From positions 49,848,001 to 49,912,000 of the forward strand of contig OZ231126.1 in assembly GCA_965153355.1 (NCBI GenBank): a stretch of DNA of 64,000 nt, read 5' to 3'. The notes under the pieces are model-generated. The model made no database searches, was not told the origin of the DNA, and saw nothing but the letters and a program-made list of their open reading frames with translations. Shown in pieces: positions 28,939 to 41,564 of the stretch. The position numbers and the translations under genes are program-made. The stretch is from Flaccisagitta enflata (lineage: Eukaryota). The number at the start of each line of letters is the position of its first letter. Positions within the stretch are counted from its first letter, which is position 1.

Positions 28939-29105
28939 CTGCACACGCGCACTCGCACACGTGGCACGATAGCGACACGACAGGGAGCGTATTCATTCTA
29001 TCTAGATTATCTTGACGGTACTATTAATTTCATCAACATGCTGATAATGTATAGAAATGAGCCGTTGTTGGAGGGCACCATCTGGATAAAATGTCATTTC
29101 ATTAT

Positions 29106-29715
29106 GACGGCATTCCTCGGAAGGCAACATATGTGTTTCAACAGGAGCCAAAGTAAAAAATTAAAATAATTGAAATTGAATGATTAAACTAAAATAATCA
29201 TTGAGATATATCATAATTGATATTTTTTTGCATAATTTGCATTCAAACATGAAAAAGGACCAAATAAAGCTAAAATTAATGAAGAAACTATAATGCAAAT
29301 TACTGAAAAATTCATTTTTGGTAACTGACAGGGGGCTTGTTGAAATTCTAAGATTGCATAGAAAATGAAAAAATGAGAAAACAAAAAACATAGTTCTCTT
29401 CCAAAATCGATTACAAAGAGAACTATGTTTTTGGAAATGCAAAATTTCCCTGTATTTGAGAGTCCTAGAATTTCAACGGCAAGAACAAACAAAAAAATGT
29501 AAGCAAAATTTCATTAAAAACCTCTTTTTTCTTGCTTTTCTCATTTGAATTGCATTGTCAAAATTACTTTTGAGGTCAGAATATGATAGAAATGTATACA
29601 ACAAGTGTCTTTAGAAACAATTTATCTTTGAAAATCATTCTTGCACCATTATTGTCCAGAAAATGATGCAAAAAGTATGGTGAAACACTTAGTTTTCCTT
29701 CAAAAATTTGCCGTC
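29106..29715. mobile_element. Non-autonomous DNA transposon with 4-bp TTAT target duplication, Kolobok/Sola-like (mirror 58178-58784)
   Basis: TTAT|GACGGCATTCCTCGGAAGGCAACATATGTGTTTCA ... TGAAACACTTAGTTTTCCTTCAAAAATTTGCCGTC|TTAT; imperfect ~35-bp TIRs. Confidence 0.6.
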
Positions 29716-31716
29716 TTATGCAAAAAGAAACGTGAAAGAGTCGGGCGACAGGGAAAGGAGTGAAGAAAAAGTTACAAGAAGATAAGGATGATGCCGTTCA
29801 CACTGTTTGCTGTGTATTCTTTTTCACACACATGTACGTTCTCTCTACCTTTGTGACACGAATCCATACTATGCGCACATACATCATTGATAATTCTATA
29901 CTCACAAAGAGCTCAGCTTTATGCTTAATTCTTTTTCATTCACCACTCACCAGTGATTTCGCCCGCGGGATCCTTATTCGGAACTTGATTAAATTGAGGC
30001 CAAACTTAAAAGGCTTCCCAGCGATTTTGATAGTCAGCCACTTGCATTGTCAACGCATACAGTCGCACCTCACACTTAAGGATCCGCAAGTATGCTTCCA
30101 ACAAGTAACGCGGGGTGACAATATCGTCCCGGATGGATAGGCAGGAGTATACATCCCCCTCCATACGCGGATGGGTGGGAAGGAGCTTCCCCCCTCCATA
30201 CGCCCACACACAAACACAAACCTAAAGTCATCCTTAATGCTCATTTTTACATTTCCCAACTTGATCATTACAGACTGACGGACCAATGGATGGACCAACG
30301 GACCGATGGATGGACAAAGCCCATTTTGGAGTCGCGAGGTTGCCACTAAAAACAGATCTGGTTCCCTGACCCTTAATTGTTTTGTTTTGAATTGTTTGTT
30401 TTGTTTTGTTCATCCAATAATTTCATCGAAAATCAGTAAGAATTGGATTTTACTATGGCCGAGCAACTGAGTACTGCGTTCACGCTGTTTTGCGGAAAAA
30501 AATGGTGGTTAATCTGGCTATTGTACACATAGATTGAGTTAAGACAAGTCTCGGTAAAGAGGAGACGTTGAGAAAGAAAACGTCAATCAGAGAGTCGATA
30601 AACTGCGTTGATGAAGTGCCAACTGACTTGCTGGCTCCTTCAAGCATGAGACGCTTCACAGTGCACAGAGTGGCAACTAACTTACTGGCTCCTTCAGGCA
30701 AAAGATGTTCATTGAACCTCTGGATCCCATAAGCATGAGACTCAACGTGCCAAGGATATTAAAGGGGCAACTGCAACGGACCTGCGGACTCCATCAAGCC
30801 CGATGCACTTTGTAGCTTTACAGCGCACAGGTTCAGGGGGTGATGAAGCGCCAACTGGCTTTGTAGCTGTATCATTACAGCAGCGCTTATCATGTCCTTC
30901 ATGACACAATTTCGCTCCAAAAAAGATTTTGGACACTCTAGAATATAGCAATTAGATAGTTTGAGCCACTTTTTGTGCAGATCGAGCACAAATAATACAA
31001 GAAAATAAGCAACAGCCTATCATCCTATTTGGGAGAATGTGCACTTTCCAATCTCGCACATCCCCTCGACGAGATTTTGAATTTTTGATGCAATTTTTAC
31101 GTCATTCTCTCAAGTGAATCGTTGTTCATGTAAATCATATTGTAGCTGCAGTAAAAGTTATTGCAACGGCAGTGCGGTAATTATTAATGAAATGGTAACA
31201 TTGATGATGCCGTTTCATTTCATCATTCCGTTTCATTCTTTTTCGTTCGTCTCGGAAATATGCTTAAAGCTACTTGGGTGTTGTTGACCTCGTTTCTGAC
31301 ATCTGAATTCTAACAAGGCCTCGCTGATTAGAAATATGTGAATGAACGTTCTGAATGAATGAGTGAATGAAAATGAATGTGGTAAAGCATGAGAGACTAC
31401 AGGTATTAAGTCATTACTGCAAGACGCCGAAATGGCAGTTTTGCGCGGATATCGGGTTTGTGTGATGGACAGAAAGACGGACCGACTGACCGACGGACGG
31501 ACGGACAGACAGACAAAACCTCACTTAGATGTACGACGACGCACATAAAAAACGATGGACGAATGGAAGAATCCAGAGAAATGAGGATTTATATTTGGAA
31601 AGTCGATCTTTTAACATTTGAGACCAATCCAAAACTCGCTGTAACGCTGTAAATTTTTGCGTTTACGGAATATTTTATTGAACAAAAAGAGATTTTTAAA
31701 CAACGACAACGCAACA

Positions 31717-31939
31717 AACAAGGCTGGATACACGGCTACCCTAGTCGCGTGCGGTTGGGCAGGAGCAGTGCTGGAGAAGGTTGCTGGGGCATTTGGGCAG
31801 AAGTAGTAAGCTTAAAAAGCTCGAAAACACCAAAAAAGTAAAAAGGGGACCAACCGACCAACCGACCAACCGACTGACGGACCGACGGACCGACGGACCG
31901 ACATAGCTGGTTGTAGAGTCGCGTAGAACGCGACTAAAA
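31717..31939 (-). mobile_element. HINE-like element (mirror 55955-56176)
   Basis: Complete architecture: AGTCGCGTTCTACGCGACT hairpin, GGTC/GTCC tract, CACGCGACT sub-terminal repeat, GCCGTGTATCCAGCC stem, TTGTT. Confidence 0.8.
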
Positions 31940-33164
31940 GTAATTCAAATGTAAAACTAAAAATGTATTGTGTATCGTCCATGACATTATCCACATGTAA
32001 ATGACGTAATAAGAAAATCAAAATCCAACAAAAAGTGGACGCGACCAAAATCATCCCATAAATCTTTCAATAAATCACATGACAAAGTCGAAATAGTCGT
32101 AAACAAAAACCACGGCGGAGAAAAAACTCCATCATCATTAATCACATCCTTCAAGTTCAAGTGTTTACTTTTGAATAATACACGAAGACGCCGTTACCAC
32201 TCAGAACACACTTCTTTGGATGGTTACTTTATCTTCAGCAGTTACGACAACATCCTTTTATATTCGCAAAAATTTGAAAACCTTTTTTTTATCGAATGTT
32301 CGATAAAAAGATGATGTTTTCTTAAGGAGATCTAAATACAATAATACCTTTTTAACTGTACACCTAATATTTCGTATCAGTGTTGTAACATTTTTTTTTC
32401 TAAGATTAAGAAGCATGCATGCGACTCTGCGGTCTGTGACGCTTCATATCTTATCATATTTTCCACGAGGTTTTAACTTATGTTAAAAGACTAGGCGGAA
32501 AATGCTCAAGCATTAACGCTGGGAATGCAATCTTATTGTCGGCAAAATTGTTAGCGAAATTTCAACTGGGCTACTCAGATTAACGCCGACTGAGCATTCA
32601 TTTCATAATTTTGTGTTTCAGTGATCTTTCATCGAATTTTCAGACTTTTGTTTCCATGATTTAACCCTAAAATGACTGAAAGGTCTTCAAGTCTAATACT
32701 ACTACCCATGCCCCTCTTTGCACAACTAAAACCAATTAATAGAAACTGTACTATAAATCATTATATGATCACATAGCTGAGCCTTAAAAACACGTTACAT
32801 TATTTATGCACCTCTTGATCGATTACCAAAACCTTGGTTCGTAAAGATTATCATATCGAAATAATTCGCATGGGAAAACAAACATCTTTAACCAGAAGTA
32901 AGCAGGATTTATGTGAACTTACAGTTTATACACGTACACACACGAGAAAAAAAGAGCACTGAGAAGCGAAACAAATCTCATAAACTCTCTCTAAAACCAT
33001 CAAACACAGCACATGGGTACAAGAGAGATTGACAATCAACAAGGTCACAGATTTGTTCCCTTCTACTTATCTTTTTATCGTCAAACATGCACGAGTCTGG
33101 TGGGCCTCTTTTTTTGTGGCCTCTCCCGTTCTCAGCAAACAAAATCCAGTCCTCGTATCAAATG

Positions 33165-33280
<116 letters not shown>

Positions 33281-33488
33281 GGACGAGGTGTAAACAAGAA
33301 CTCTGGGTTACGAGGGGTTTATAAAAGAAACATTGTAGATTCCAGGCTGTGAGCTATAGAGATCGAGATAATATGTGTGTGTGTATAGAATTTGTGTGTG
33401 TGTGTGTGTGTGTGTGTGTGAGCAAGGGCAGGAGAGCCAGGAGAGTGGGGGTGCTGTGGTCTACAAACATGTTGCCTTGTTGGTGAAT

Positions 33489-33591
<103 letters not shown>

Positions 33592-34517
33592 AGGCAGACA
33601 AAGACAGATAAACAGTTAGGCAGACAGACTGTCATGCAGACAGACAGCCAGACAAACAGCCAGACAGACAGATTGACAGACAGACAGACAGACCGACAGA
33701 CAGACTGAGAAGAACTGCAATTCTTGGTCAAAGGAGATAAAAAATGAGTAAAAAAATACATGATGGGGAAACTGAAAGCGGTGAGATGAGGAGGCGGGGG
33801 AAAGAGAGGAGGAGGAGGAGGCGAAGGAGGAGGAGGTGAAGGAGGAGGAGTAGGATGAGATGGGGAAAAGAGAAGAAAAGGGGAGAGGAATGTAGAAGTA
33901 TACAAACTCAGCTGCAACGCGAGGCCAGGGTCGGGGAAAACAAAAAATCCCAACAAAAATCCCAACTCTCTCTTCGTTGCTTCGTTGTGTTGCTTCGACT
34001 TCTTTTTTTGGCTTGATCTGGGGAATTTACCCTGAAAAGAAGTAATGAAGGAAACGAGAGGAAAGAAAATAATGATGAGAAAAAAAGAAAAAAAAGGGCA
34101 GGCAAAAAAGGAAAGAAAGAAGGATTGAATGGAAGCAACTGAGAGCGAAATTAGACAGGAAGGGGGAAAAGGAAAAGCTGACAGGACAAGCTTAATGAAT
34201 GATAGACAGACGGGGAACGAAGACTCTAGAATCTAAGACAGCAAGACCGGTCATTATCCTTAAGAAAGCGACAATTGTCGCGGCTTTCCAATGATGTAAT
34301 GACTATCCGTCTCATTTGCTTGCCTATTACATCGTGGTCTTACAAAGAGTGTTCGTTCTGCCCATTCTACTGTTAATGAATTTAGGTGCAATGCGTAAAA
34401 TGGTCCGGTCGATCCCTAGACATGGTACGCCTCGTACACATACGGACGGATCGAGTGCCTGATCGCGACTTAAATTTATGAGAACGCATACAAACACGGA
34501 ACAACATCCCTTAAAAA

Positions 34518-34681
34518 AACTAGGCCGGATAAACGACTACTGCGGGTGGGCAGGGGGCGGTGATGAAATGGGCTAACTAAGTATTTGCGCAAGGGTAATG
34601 ATGTAAAATTTGCCTATAAACGAAAAAAAAAGGCCGACCAACGGATATTGCGGATTATAGAGTCGCGTGCACGCAACCAAA
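34518..34681 (-). mobile_element. Degenerate HINE-like element (mirror ~53275-53440)
   Basis: AGTCGCGTGCACGCAACC and AGGCCGGATAAACGAC ends. Confidence 0.55.
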
Positions 34682-34836
34682 GACAAAGAGCGACAATGAG
34701 AAATATTGTAACGATAGATAAAGCATAAACCGCACACACGGCAAGAAAAGTCTGTGAAATATTGAGAAAGATTGAAACAAAAGGATGAGCTGACAAAGAC
34801 AAAATGTAATGCTACTCACACGAACATTTTTTCTTA

Positions 34837-35860
34837 TTTTTTTGTCCGCGACGGAATATCATTCCGACGCGGACTATAATTTGAGTTATGGGTGGGTGTC
34901 GTCAATGTCGTCGCCGCCGTCGTCGTCGCTATCGCCGTGTTCATTTTGAAAATGGATAACTTTTTTATGCTTCTTGATCTATCGGTTCATATTTGTGTGG
35001 GAAGTAATTAGGGTAAGGCGCTACATCCTATCCATTTTTGTAACTGACCAACTCCAACTGCCCAACCACTAATGCCTAAAAGTGAAAAACGAGCATAACT
35101 TTGGCATTTTTCAACCAATTTGCTGAAATTTGCTATGGAGTCTCTAAATGGAAGGCCTCAACATATGTATATGATTTATATGCATTTGAGCATGCTAACC
35201 GGCCAAACCGACCTACCACCCAACCAGCCTACCTACCAAAAAATGAAAACTTGCATAACTCCTTGTCATTTTTCAACCAATTTGCTGAACTGGTATGGAG
35301 CCCTAAATGGAAGAACTCAACATATGCACACTATTTATCCTGTCAAAACCAGCCTACACTAACCAGCCTACTGAAAACCAAAGTGAAAATGCATATTCTT
35401 ACAAGTAACCAATTTGGTTGAAATTTGGTATGGAGTCTCTAAATGGAAGGACTCAGCACATGTATGTGATTTATTTATGTTCTGAGCATGCCAACCAGCC
35501 AAATTCCTACCACCCAACCAGCTTATCTGCCTAAAAGTTAAAACTGTATATTGACATTTTTCAACCAATTTGGTTGAAACTTGGTATGGAGTCTCTAAAT
35601 GAAAGAACTCAACATATGCACACTATTTATCCAAACCAGTTTACCACCCAAATCAATTCTACTAGCCTAAAAAGTGAAAAATGTGCATAACTTTGCCATT
35701 TTTCAACGGATTTGCATGAAACTTTGTATGGAGGCTCTAAATAATGTAAAGAATTATAGTTTTGTTAACTTACGGTTAGCAATCTTGTCATAGCTATCTT
35801 ATGGAATTGGTGATCTATAACCCCCTTCCGTCGCGGACCCAGATACTGATCAGATTTTTT
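34837..35860 (+). mobile_element. HINE/pearl-like element with a central array of ~130-160-bp repeats (mirror 52091-53119)
   Basis: 5' TTTTGTCCGCGACGGAA...TTCCGACGCGGAC hairpin, (GTC)n, five core repeats (TCAACCAATTTG..GAAATTTGGTATGGAGTCTCTAAATG), 3' TTCCGTCGCGGAC, then a T-run. Confidence 0.75.
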
Positions 35861-36653
35861 TGCTCAAATGCCCGTTATAAATCCAGTTAAAAAGTTATAA
35901 ATCAAGTTACAAAAAAAGATCATCTTCCAACGCCCCCACCCCTCCCCCAGAATACAAAGTTTTTTTGATGGATGAAGCAAGCTGATGAAAGCTATTAAAA
36001 CGTGTGTTCTTAAAGGCTGAAATTAAAAAGGCCCACTTGAGTAATACATATATAGTTACATCTCGCTGTAACGGACATTCGCCTGTAATGGATAAAAAAA
36101 GATCTTGTCTTGTCTTGTCTTGTCATTTCTCTTATCTCCTCTATATGTTGACAGTAACAGAAATCTGTCAGCAATCAAGTGCAAATGAAATGTCTGAAGG
36201 CTTAATTGTTGGGAGAAAGATGAAGACAATAAATTTTATCGTCATAACGCCATTTTTTATGTAAGCATGACCGATGTACGGATGGACGGACAGACAGACC
36301 CGATCTGATATAGATGTGCATTTATACGACTTAAAAAACTCATTTTCTGTGAATTTCTTTTTTTAACCATTCCAGAAGAAGAAAAAGCAGCACAAGCACA
36401 GGCATGGAAAGGATATAATCAATTGAATGTGCGCGACTCAGAGCCAGAACCATTAACCGGATTGGAAAAAATACATTCGTAACAAAGGCAAATGGCTGAC
36501 GGTACCTTTTAAGGCCTTTGATTGTCCCCCCCCCTTAATCCTTTAAATTTCTTCCCCATGTGGTCGAAGAATCATTGATTTTTTTTCTGGGTTGTGAACT
36601 AAGAGTTTACAAGAGCTCATGGCTGAGGGTTCAGGCTAAAAAATGGCCACAAC

Positions 36654-36933
36654 CATGGATGTAGGGGACGCCATGTCCACCATCTCCATGGATGTGGTAA
36701 AAGTTAGTCTTGAAAAGCAAGTCGGTCTTGAATTAGAAGTGATTCAAGGTTGAATTTTAAAAAAAAAAGCATTTACATGGAAGATTCTTATTCAAGAATG
36801 ATGCGAATAGTAAGAAAACTATAAGAAAACTATAATCTTTTTATAGTCCGACTTGTCCAACTTGCTTCTGACATGACTCGGTCTTGAAATGCTAGGTGGA
36901 CATGGCGAATTTTAGAGCTCCCCTACATCCATG
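36654..36933. mobile_element. hAT-type MITE (mirror 51030-51298)
   Basis: TIR CATGGATGTAGGGGA / TCCCCTACATCCATG; 8-bp TSD GCCACAAC / GTCACAAC (7 of 8 match). Confidence 0.75.
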
Positions 36934-37139
36934 GTCACAACTGCGACCATGGACAGGATCTTAAAATTTAAGGCTGAATCGATTCTGAGTTCACGGGAAC
37001 TTGTCTCTTTCGTGAGCGTTGTCGCCGAAAAAAGCTATTTCAACCGTTAGAGATGGGGGAGAGGTGGGAGAGATTGAAAAAGAGAAAATCACGTTGACGG
37101 CATGAATGGGGAGTGGGATATACGTTATGGGAAAGGAGT

Positions 37140-37219
<80 letters not shown>

Positions 37220-38114
37220 TAGAGAGAGAAATAGAGGGAGAGAGAGAGAAATAGAGAAATATGAGTAAGTCAGAAACAGAAAAAGTAAACCCAGCAAGGC
37301 ACTAGTCGCGTGCTCTAAGACACCAACTGCGGATGGACCGATCGACATACTTATCCGTTTAAAGTCTCGTTCGCGACAGAGTTTGAAGCAGTCAGAGAGT
37401 CAGAAACTAACGGAGAAGGAGAGAGTGCTAGAGAAATAGAAAAGAGAAATCGAAAAGAGAAAGTAAAAAAAAAACTGATATTGTAAGAATGAGCAATTAC
37501 AGCATTTAAGCATTAGACAGTGCCGCCACAAGAAATGTGCAAACAAGGACAGATCAAGACAAAAATATCAGGATAACAACATGCCATGACGCTGCACAGC
37601 AGCTGCACTACAGCTATAGCTTTTGTATAACATAATCATGACGCAAGAGACACATGTTATCAAATGCTTAAACCTCATCGCTCACACATTCATTTCAGGC
37701 ACGATATTGTTGAATAAAACAGAGCCATGTCCAAGTGCATCGTTCAAGAGAGTGTTGCAACTAAACATTATCTTTTTGAGCCATCAGAAATCCTCTTCCT
37801 GATCCTGTGTTCCATTCAATATCAAATCCACGTTTCTCTCTTAAGCCACGTGAACCCGGCGCATGAGTTATGACATTAACTTGGACAAAAAATAAAAAAA
37901 GCTCGTAAACTTTTAGAGTCTTTGGGCAAAAGCCACATGAGGATTGACAAAACAAATGCGTATTGGCATAATATGTAACAACTGTCCCACAATTACTAAT
38001 GAATGATATTGAAACGCTTGAAGTGGGACCATGAAAACCACACTTCTTGCTGAATCAAATGGAGTGTTTTGTAACCTTTCAGCTGGTGCAATTTGAAATT
38101 TATTTATGTACATG

Positions 38115-38725
38115 TTTTTAGGTGCGCCATAGCACCTCTATTATCAGCTCCGTCTGTCCGTTGGTTGGTTGGTTGGTCGGTCGGTAACTCTCGAGTTGAA
38201 AGTCTCAAAAAGAAGCAAGAATCACTAGAAATGATTCAGAAATATGCTAGGATGATTCCCAGATGCGCCATAGCACCTCTATAAGAGGTTCTGTCTGTCT
38301 GTCCATCCGTCGGTCACGCTCGAATGAACAATCGCTGAGAATGTTTGAAATCATTTGAAAATTCATTTTGTTCATCACTGATGATACTCATTTCATTCAC
38401 TAAAATAATCAGCTACGGTTAGGTCTGATCGAGCTGGTGATAGGTCGGATAGGTGTGGGGATAGGTCTGATAGAGCTCGGGATAGGTCTGATAGAGCTCG
38501 AGATAGGTCTGATAGCGCTCAGGATAGGTCTGATAGAGCTCGGGATAGGTCTGATAGAGCTTGGGAAAGGTCTGATAGAGCTCGGGATAGGTCTGACAGA
38601 GCTCGGGATAGGGTCTGATAGGTCGATAGGCCTGATATTTCCGGATAGGTCTGATGGAGCTAGGGATAGGTCTAAGAATTAATAACGCCCGGCGCACCGT
38701 CTTGGCCCGTGTATCCGGCCTTGTT
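38115..38725 (+). mobile_element. HINE-like element (AGGTGCGCC family) with a 21-bp internal minisatellite (mirror ~49249-49861)
   Basis: TTTTTAGGTGCGCCATAGCACCT 5' end (partly repeated at ~38261), (GGGATAGGTCTGATAGAGCTC)n at 38420-38675, 3' GGCGCACC and GGCCCGTGTATCCGGCCTTGTT. Confidence 0.7.
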
Positions 38726-39005
38726 TGTTTGTTTGTTTCATTATCGATTAATGTGCAATAGGTGTTGTGTATCAGATGTCTCACAGAGTCTCTGTAGCAT
38801 GGGATCGAGGACGCTTCCTTAAAACTTAGATGAGCATCTTCGCCTAAATATTGACTTAACTGATTCCTTCTGGTAAAGTATAAGCCCAAAGGTTCTTTGT
38901 ATAAGTGGACAGGAAAAATTAAATACAGCTGAACCTCGCTCTAACGGACCCGCTTTTTACAAATTTCCACCAATAATAAATACTGGTTTTTTGTTCCTTC
39001 AACCG

Positions 39006-41370
39006 TTTTTTTTAGTCGCGTGCACGCGACTCTATAACCCGCTCTGTCGGTCCGTCGCACTGTGGGTCGGGTCGGTCGGTCCGTCTGTAACACTTTGCTT
39101 TTTTTCGTCGTTTTGCATGTCATTTTAGGTATTTTATGTCATTTTGAGTCATTTTAAGTCATTCTAAGTCATTTCAGTCATTTTCTGTTGATTTTAGTCA
39201 ATTAAGTCATTTTGTCATTTTTTGTCATTTTTTGTCATTTTTTGTCATTTTATGTTATTATAAGTCATTTTAAGTCATTCTTAGTCATTCTAAGTTATTT
39301 TGAGTCATTCTATGTCATTACAAGCTCTTTCTAAGTCATTATAAGTCATTCTAAGTCATTTTAAGTTACTTTTTGCTTTTGTGGTTTTAAGTGACTCTTT
39401 GCTTTTATGCGTCGTTTTTGGTCTATTTGGGTCATCTGGAGTTATTTTGAGTCATTTTTTTGTTGTTTTTGTCATTTTTTATTGTTTTTGGTCATTTTTG
39501 GTTGCTTTTGGTCATTTTTGGTTGCTTTTAGTCATTTTTTGTCATATTTGATCGTTTACTTCACTTTGTTCATTTAAGTCATTTGTGTCATTAATGTGCA
39601 TTTCTGAAACATTTCAGGTCATTTTGGTCATTCAACATGGTTTTTTGGTATGTTTTGGTCTTTATGTTTTCTGGTTTTGGTTTTTTGGTTTTTGTTTTTT
39701 TGTTTTTTGGTTTTTCGGTTTTTGTTTTTGGTTTTGGTTTTTGGTTTTGGGTTTTTTGTTTTTTGTTTTTTGTTTTTTTTTTTTTTGCTTTTGTTTTTTT
39801 TTTGTAGTAGTAAGGATTTATATTCATGAAATATAAAAACGACAAAGGCACAAAACCTCGCAGGTTACCAGGTTAAAATTATTGCAACAATGGCAAGAGA
39901 TCGCCTGATACAGATCATCAGTTTATGCGCACTTTAAATAATAACAGCATTGTAATCATTGCAATAAATATAAAGCGTTATCGAGCGATAAGCGGCGGTG
40001 GATCAATCCACGATGGCTCATTACGAGCTGAGAAAATGCTAAAGGACCTGAGCAACGCAGCCTTAGAACCGTTCTTAATCACTGAATTTGTGACTATTTT
40101 CGCATCACGACAGCATCTGTAAGCCAACGCTTTAAGACGCGCACGATTTTTGGCTGTCACCTGGCCACGGGCTGAAACTTCCACCGAAAATGTAAAAACT
40201 TTAAAAGTAGTTGAAAGATCAGCAGAAAGAGGTGCATACTTTTCCTCTTTAAAAACGTGACTACGTTCTATGTTCTTATCCCAGGGACACGTCAATTCAA
40301 AAATGATTGCCGTACGCGAAGTTTCATTGAGAATAAAAACATCAGGTCTCAAGGACGTGACCAAAACATGGGGGGGCACTGTGCCTCCATGCGGTGCCGT
40401 GTAACCAGGCATGTCAGAGAAAAGTACAAAGCCTTCTAAAAGACGAGGGCGGATGATATCAATAAAAGACGATAAAACTGAGTTATATGAAAACTGAGTT
40501 TTTTAGTCATTTAAGTTTTTGGTATGTTTTGGTCATTTATGTCATTTCAAGTCTGCTGGTCTCAGTTTGCTGGTTTAAGTCTGCTGGTTTAAGTCTGCTG
40601 GTTTAAGTCTGCTGGTTTAAGTCTGCTGGTTCAAGTCCGCTGGTTTAAGTCCCCTGGTTTAAGTCCGCTGGTTTAAGTTGGCTGGTTTAAGGCGGCTGGT
40701 TTAAGTTGGTTTAAGGTGGGTTTCAGGTCATGGCTGGTCATCTGACATGTTTGGGTTGGCTGGTTTATGTCGGCTGATTTAGGTCTGCTGGTTTAGGTCT
40801 GCTGGTTAAGTCAGCTGGTTTTAGTTGGCTGGTTTTAGTTGGCTGGTTTTAGTTGGCTGGTTTTAGTTGGCTGGTTTTAGTTGGCTGGTTTTAGCTGGCT
40901 GGTTTCAGTTGGCTGGTTTAAGTTGGCTGGTTTAAGTCTGCTGGTTTAAGTCTGCTGGTTAAGTCTGCTGGTTTTGGTTTTTTTGGTCTACTGGTTTAAG
41001 TCTGCTGGTTTAAGTCTGCTGGTTTAAGTCTGCTGGTTTAAGTCTGCTGGTTTAAGTCTGGCTGTTTATGTCTGCTGGTTAAAGTCTGCTGGTTTAAGTC
41101 TGCTGGTTTAAGTCTGCTGTTTTAAGCCTGCTGGTTCAAGTCTGGTTCAAGTCTGGTTTATGTCTGGTTTAGGTCTGGTTTAGGTCTGGTTTGAGTCTGG
41201 TTTGAGTCTGGTTTGAGTCTGGTTTGAGTCTGGCTCGAGTCTGGTTTGGGTCTGGTTTGAGTCTGGTTTAAGTCTGGTTTAAGTCTGATTTTCGATAAAA
41301 AGATACATTAAGGTGTCAGGTCATTTCAGTTATTTTTGTCCTGCACGCGACTTATAGGTGTTGACCATAA
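39006..41370 (+). mobile_element. Large HINE-like element filled with 10-, 14- and 11-bp arrays and a retrotransposon fragment (mirror ~46600-48968)
   Basis: 5' TTTTAGTCGCGTGCACGCGACT, GTCC tract, (GTCATTTTAA)n, (GCTGGTTTAAGTCT)n, (CTGGTTTRAGT)n, 3' TGCACGCGACT at 41342-41352. Confidence 0.6.
39804..40500 (-). mobile_element. 3' fragment of an RLE-type non-LTR retrotransposon (Hero/NeSL-like); restriction-like endonuclease domain
   Basis: Open frame from ~40484: NSVL...LRPDVFILNETSRTAIIFELTCPW...KEEKY...VEVSARG, i.e. the PD-(D/E)xK-type motif set of RLE elements; followed by a 3' UTR and a short (TAC)n tail. Confidence 0.85.
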
Positions 41371-41437
41371 CAGAATTCAGCTTCTTACAGACAAAATAAT
41401 TAAGTCTACCGAAATCCGTTACAGGCTTACAGCGTAC

Positions 41438-41564
41438 TAGGGTTGTGGAAGCGGTCAATTTTTTTGCTGCTTCCACCGCTTCCGCTTCCGCTTCCATTTT
41501 GTAGTACAAATACAAGTAGCTATCCCACCCACCAAAACTGGAATCAATCGCTTCCACACCCCTA
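41438..41564. mobile_element. Small hAT-type MITE (mirror 46402-46531)
   Basis: TIR TAGGG(T/G)TGTGGAAGCG; internal GGAAGC repeats; 8-bp TSD CAGCGTAC / GAGCGTAC (7 of 8 match). Confidence 0.7.

Noticed and set aside
38419..38889. YPELYQT-repeat ORF (mirror 49085-49567) and LKSQSQ-repeat ORF at 27226-27663
   Set aside because: 21-bp minisatellites inside transposon boundaries; the frame is not conserved between the two arms.
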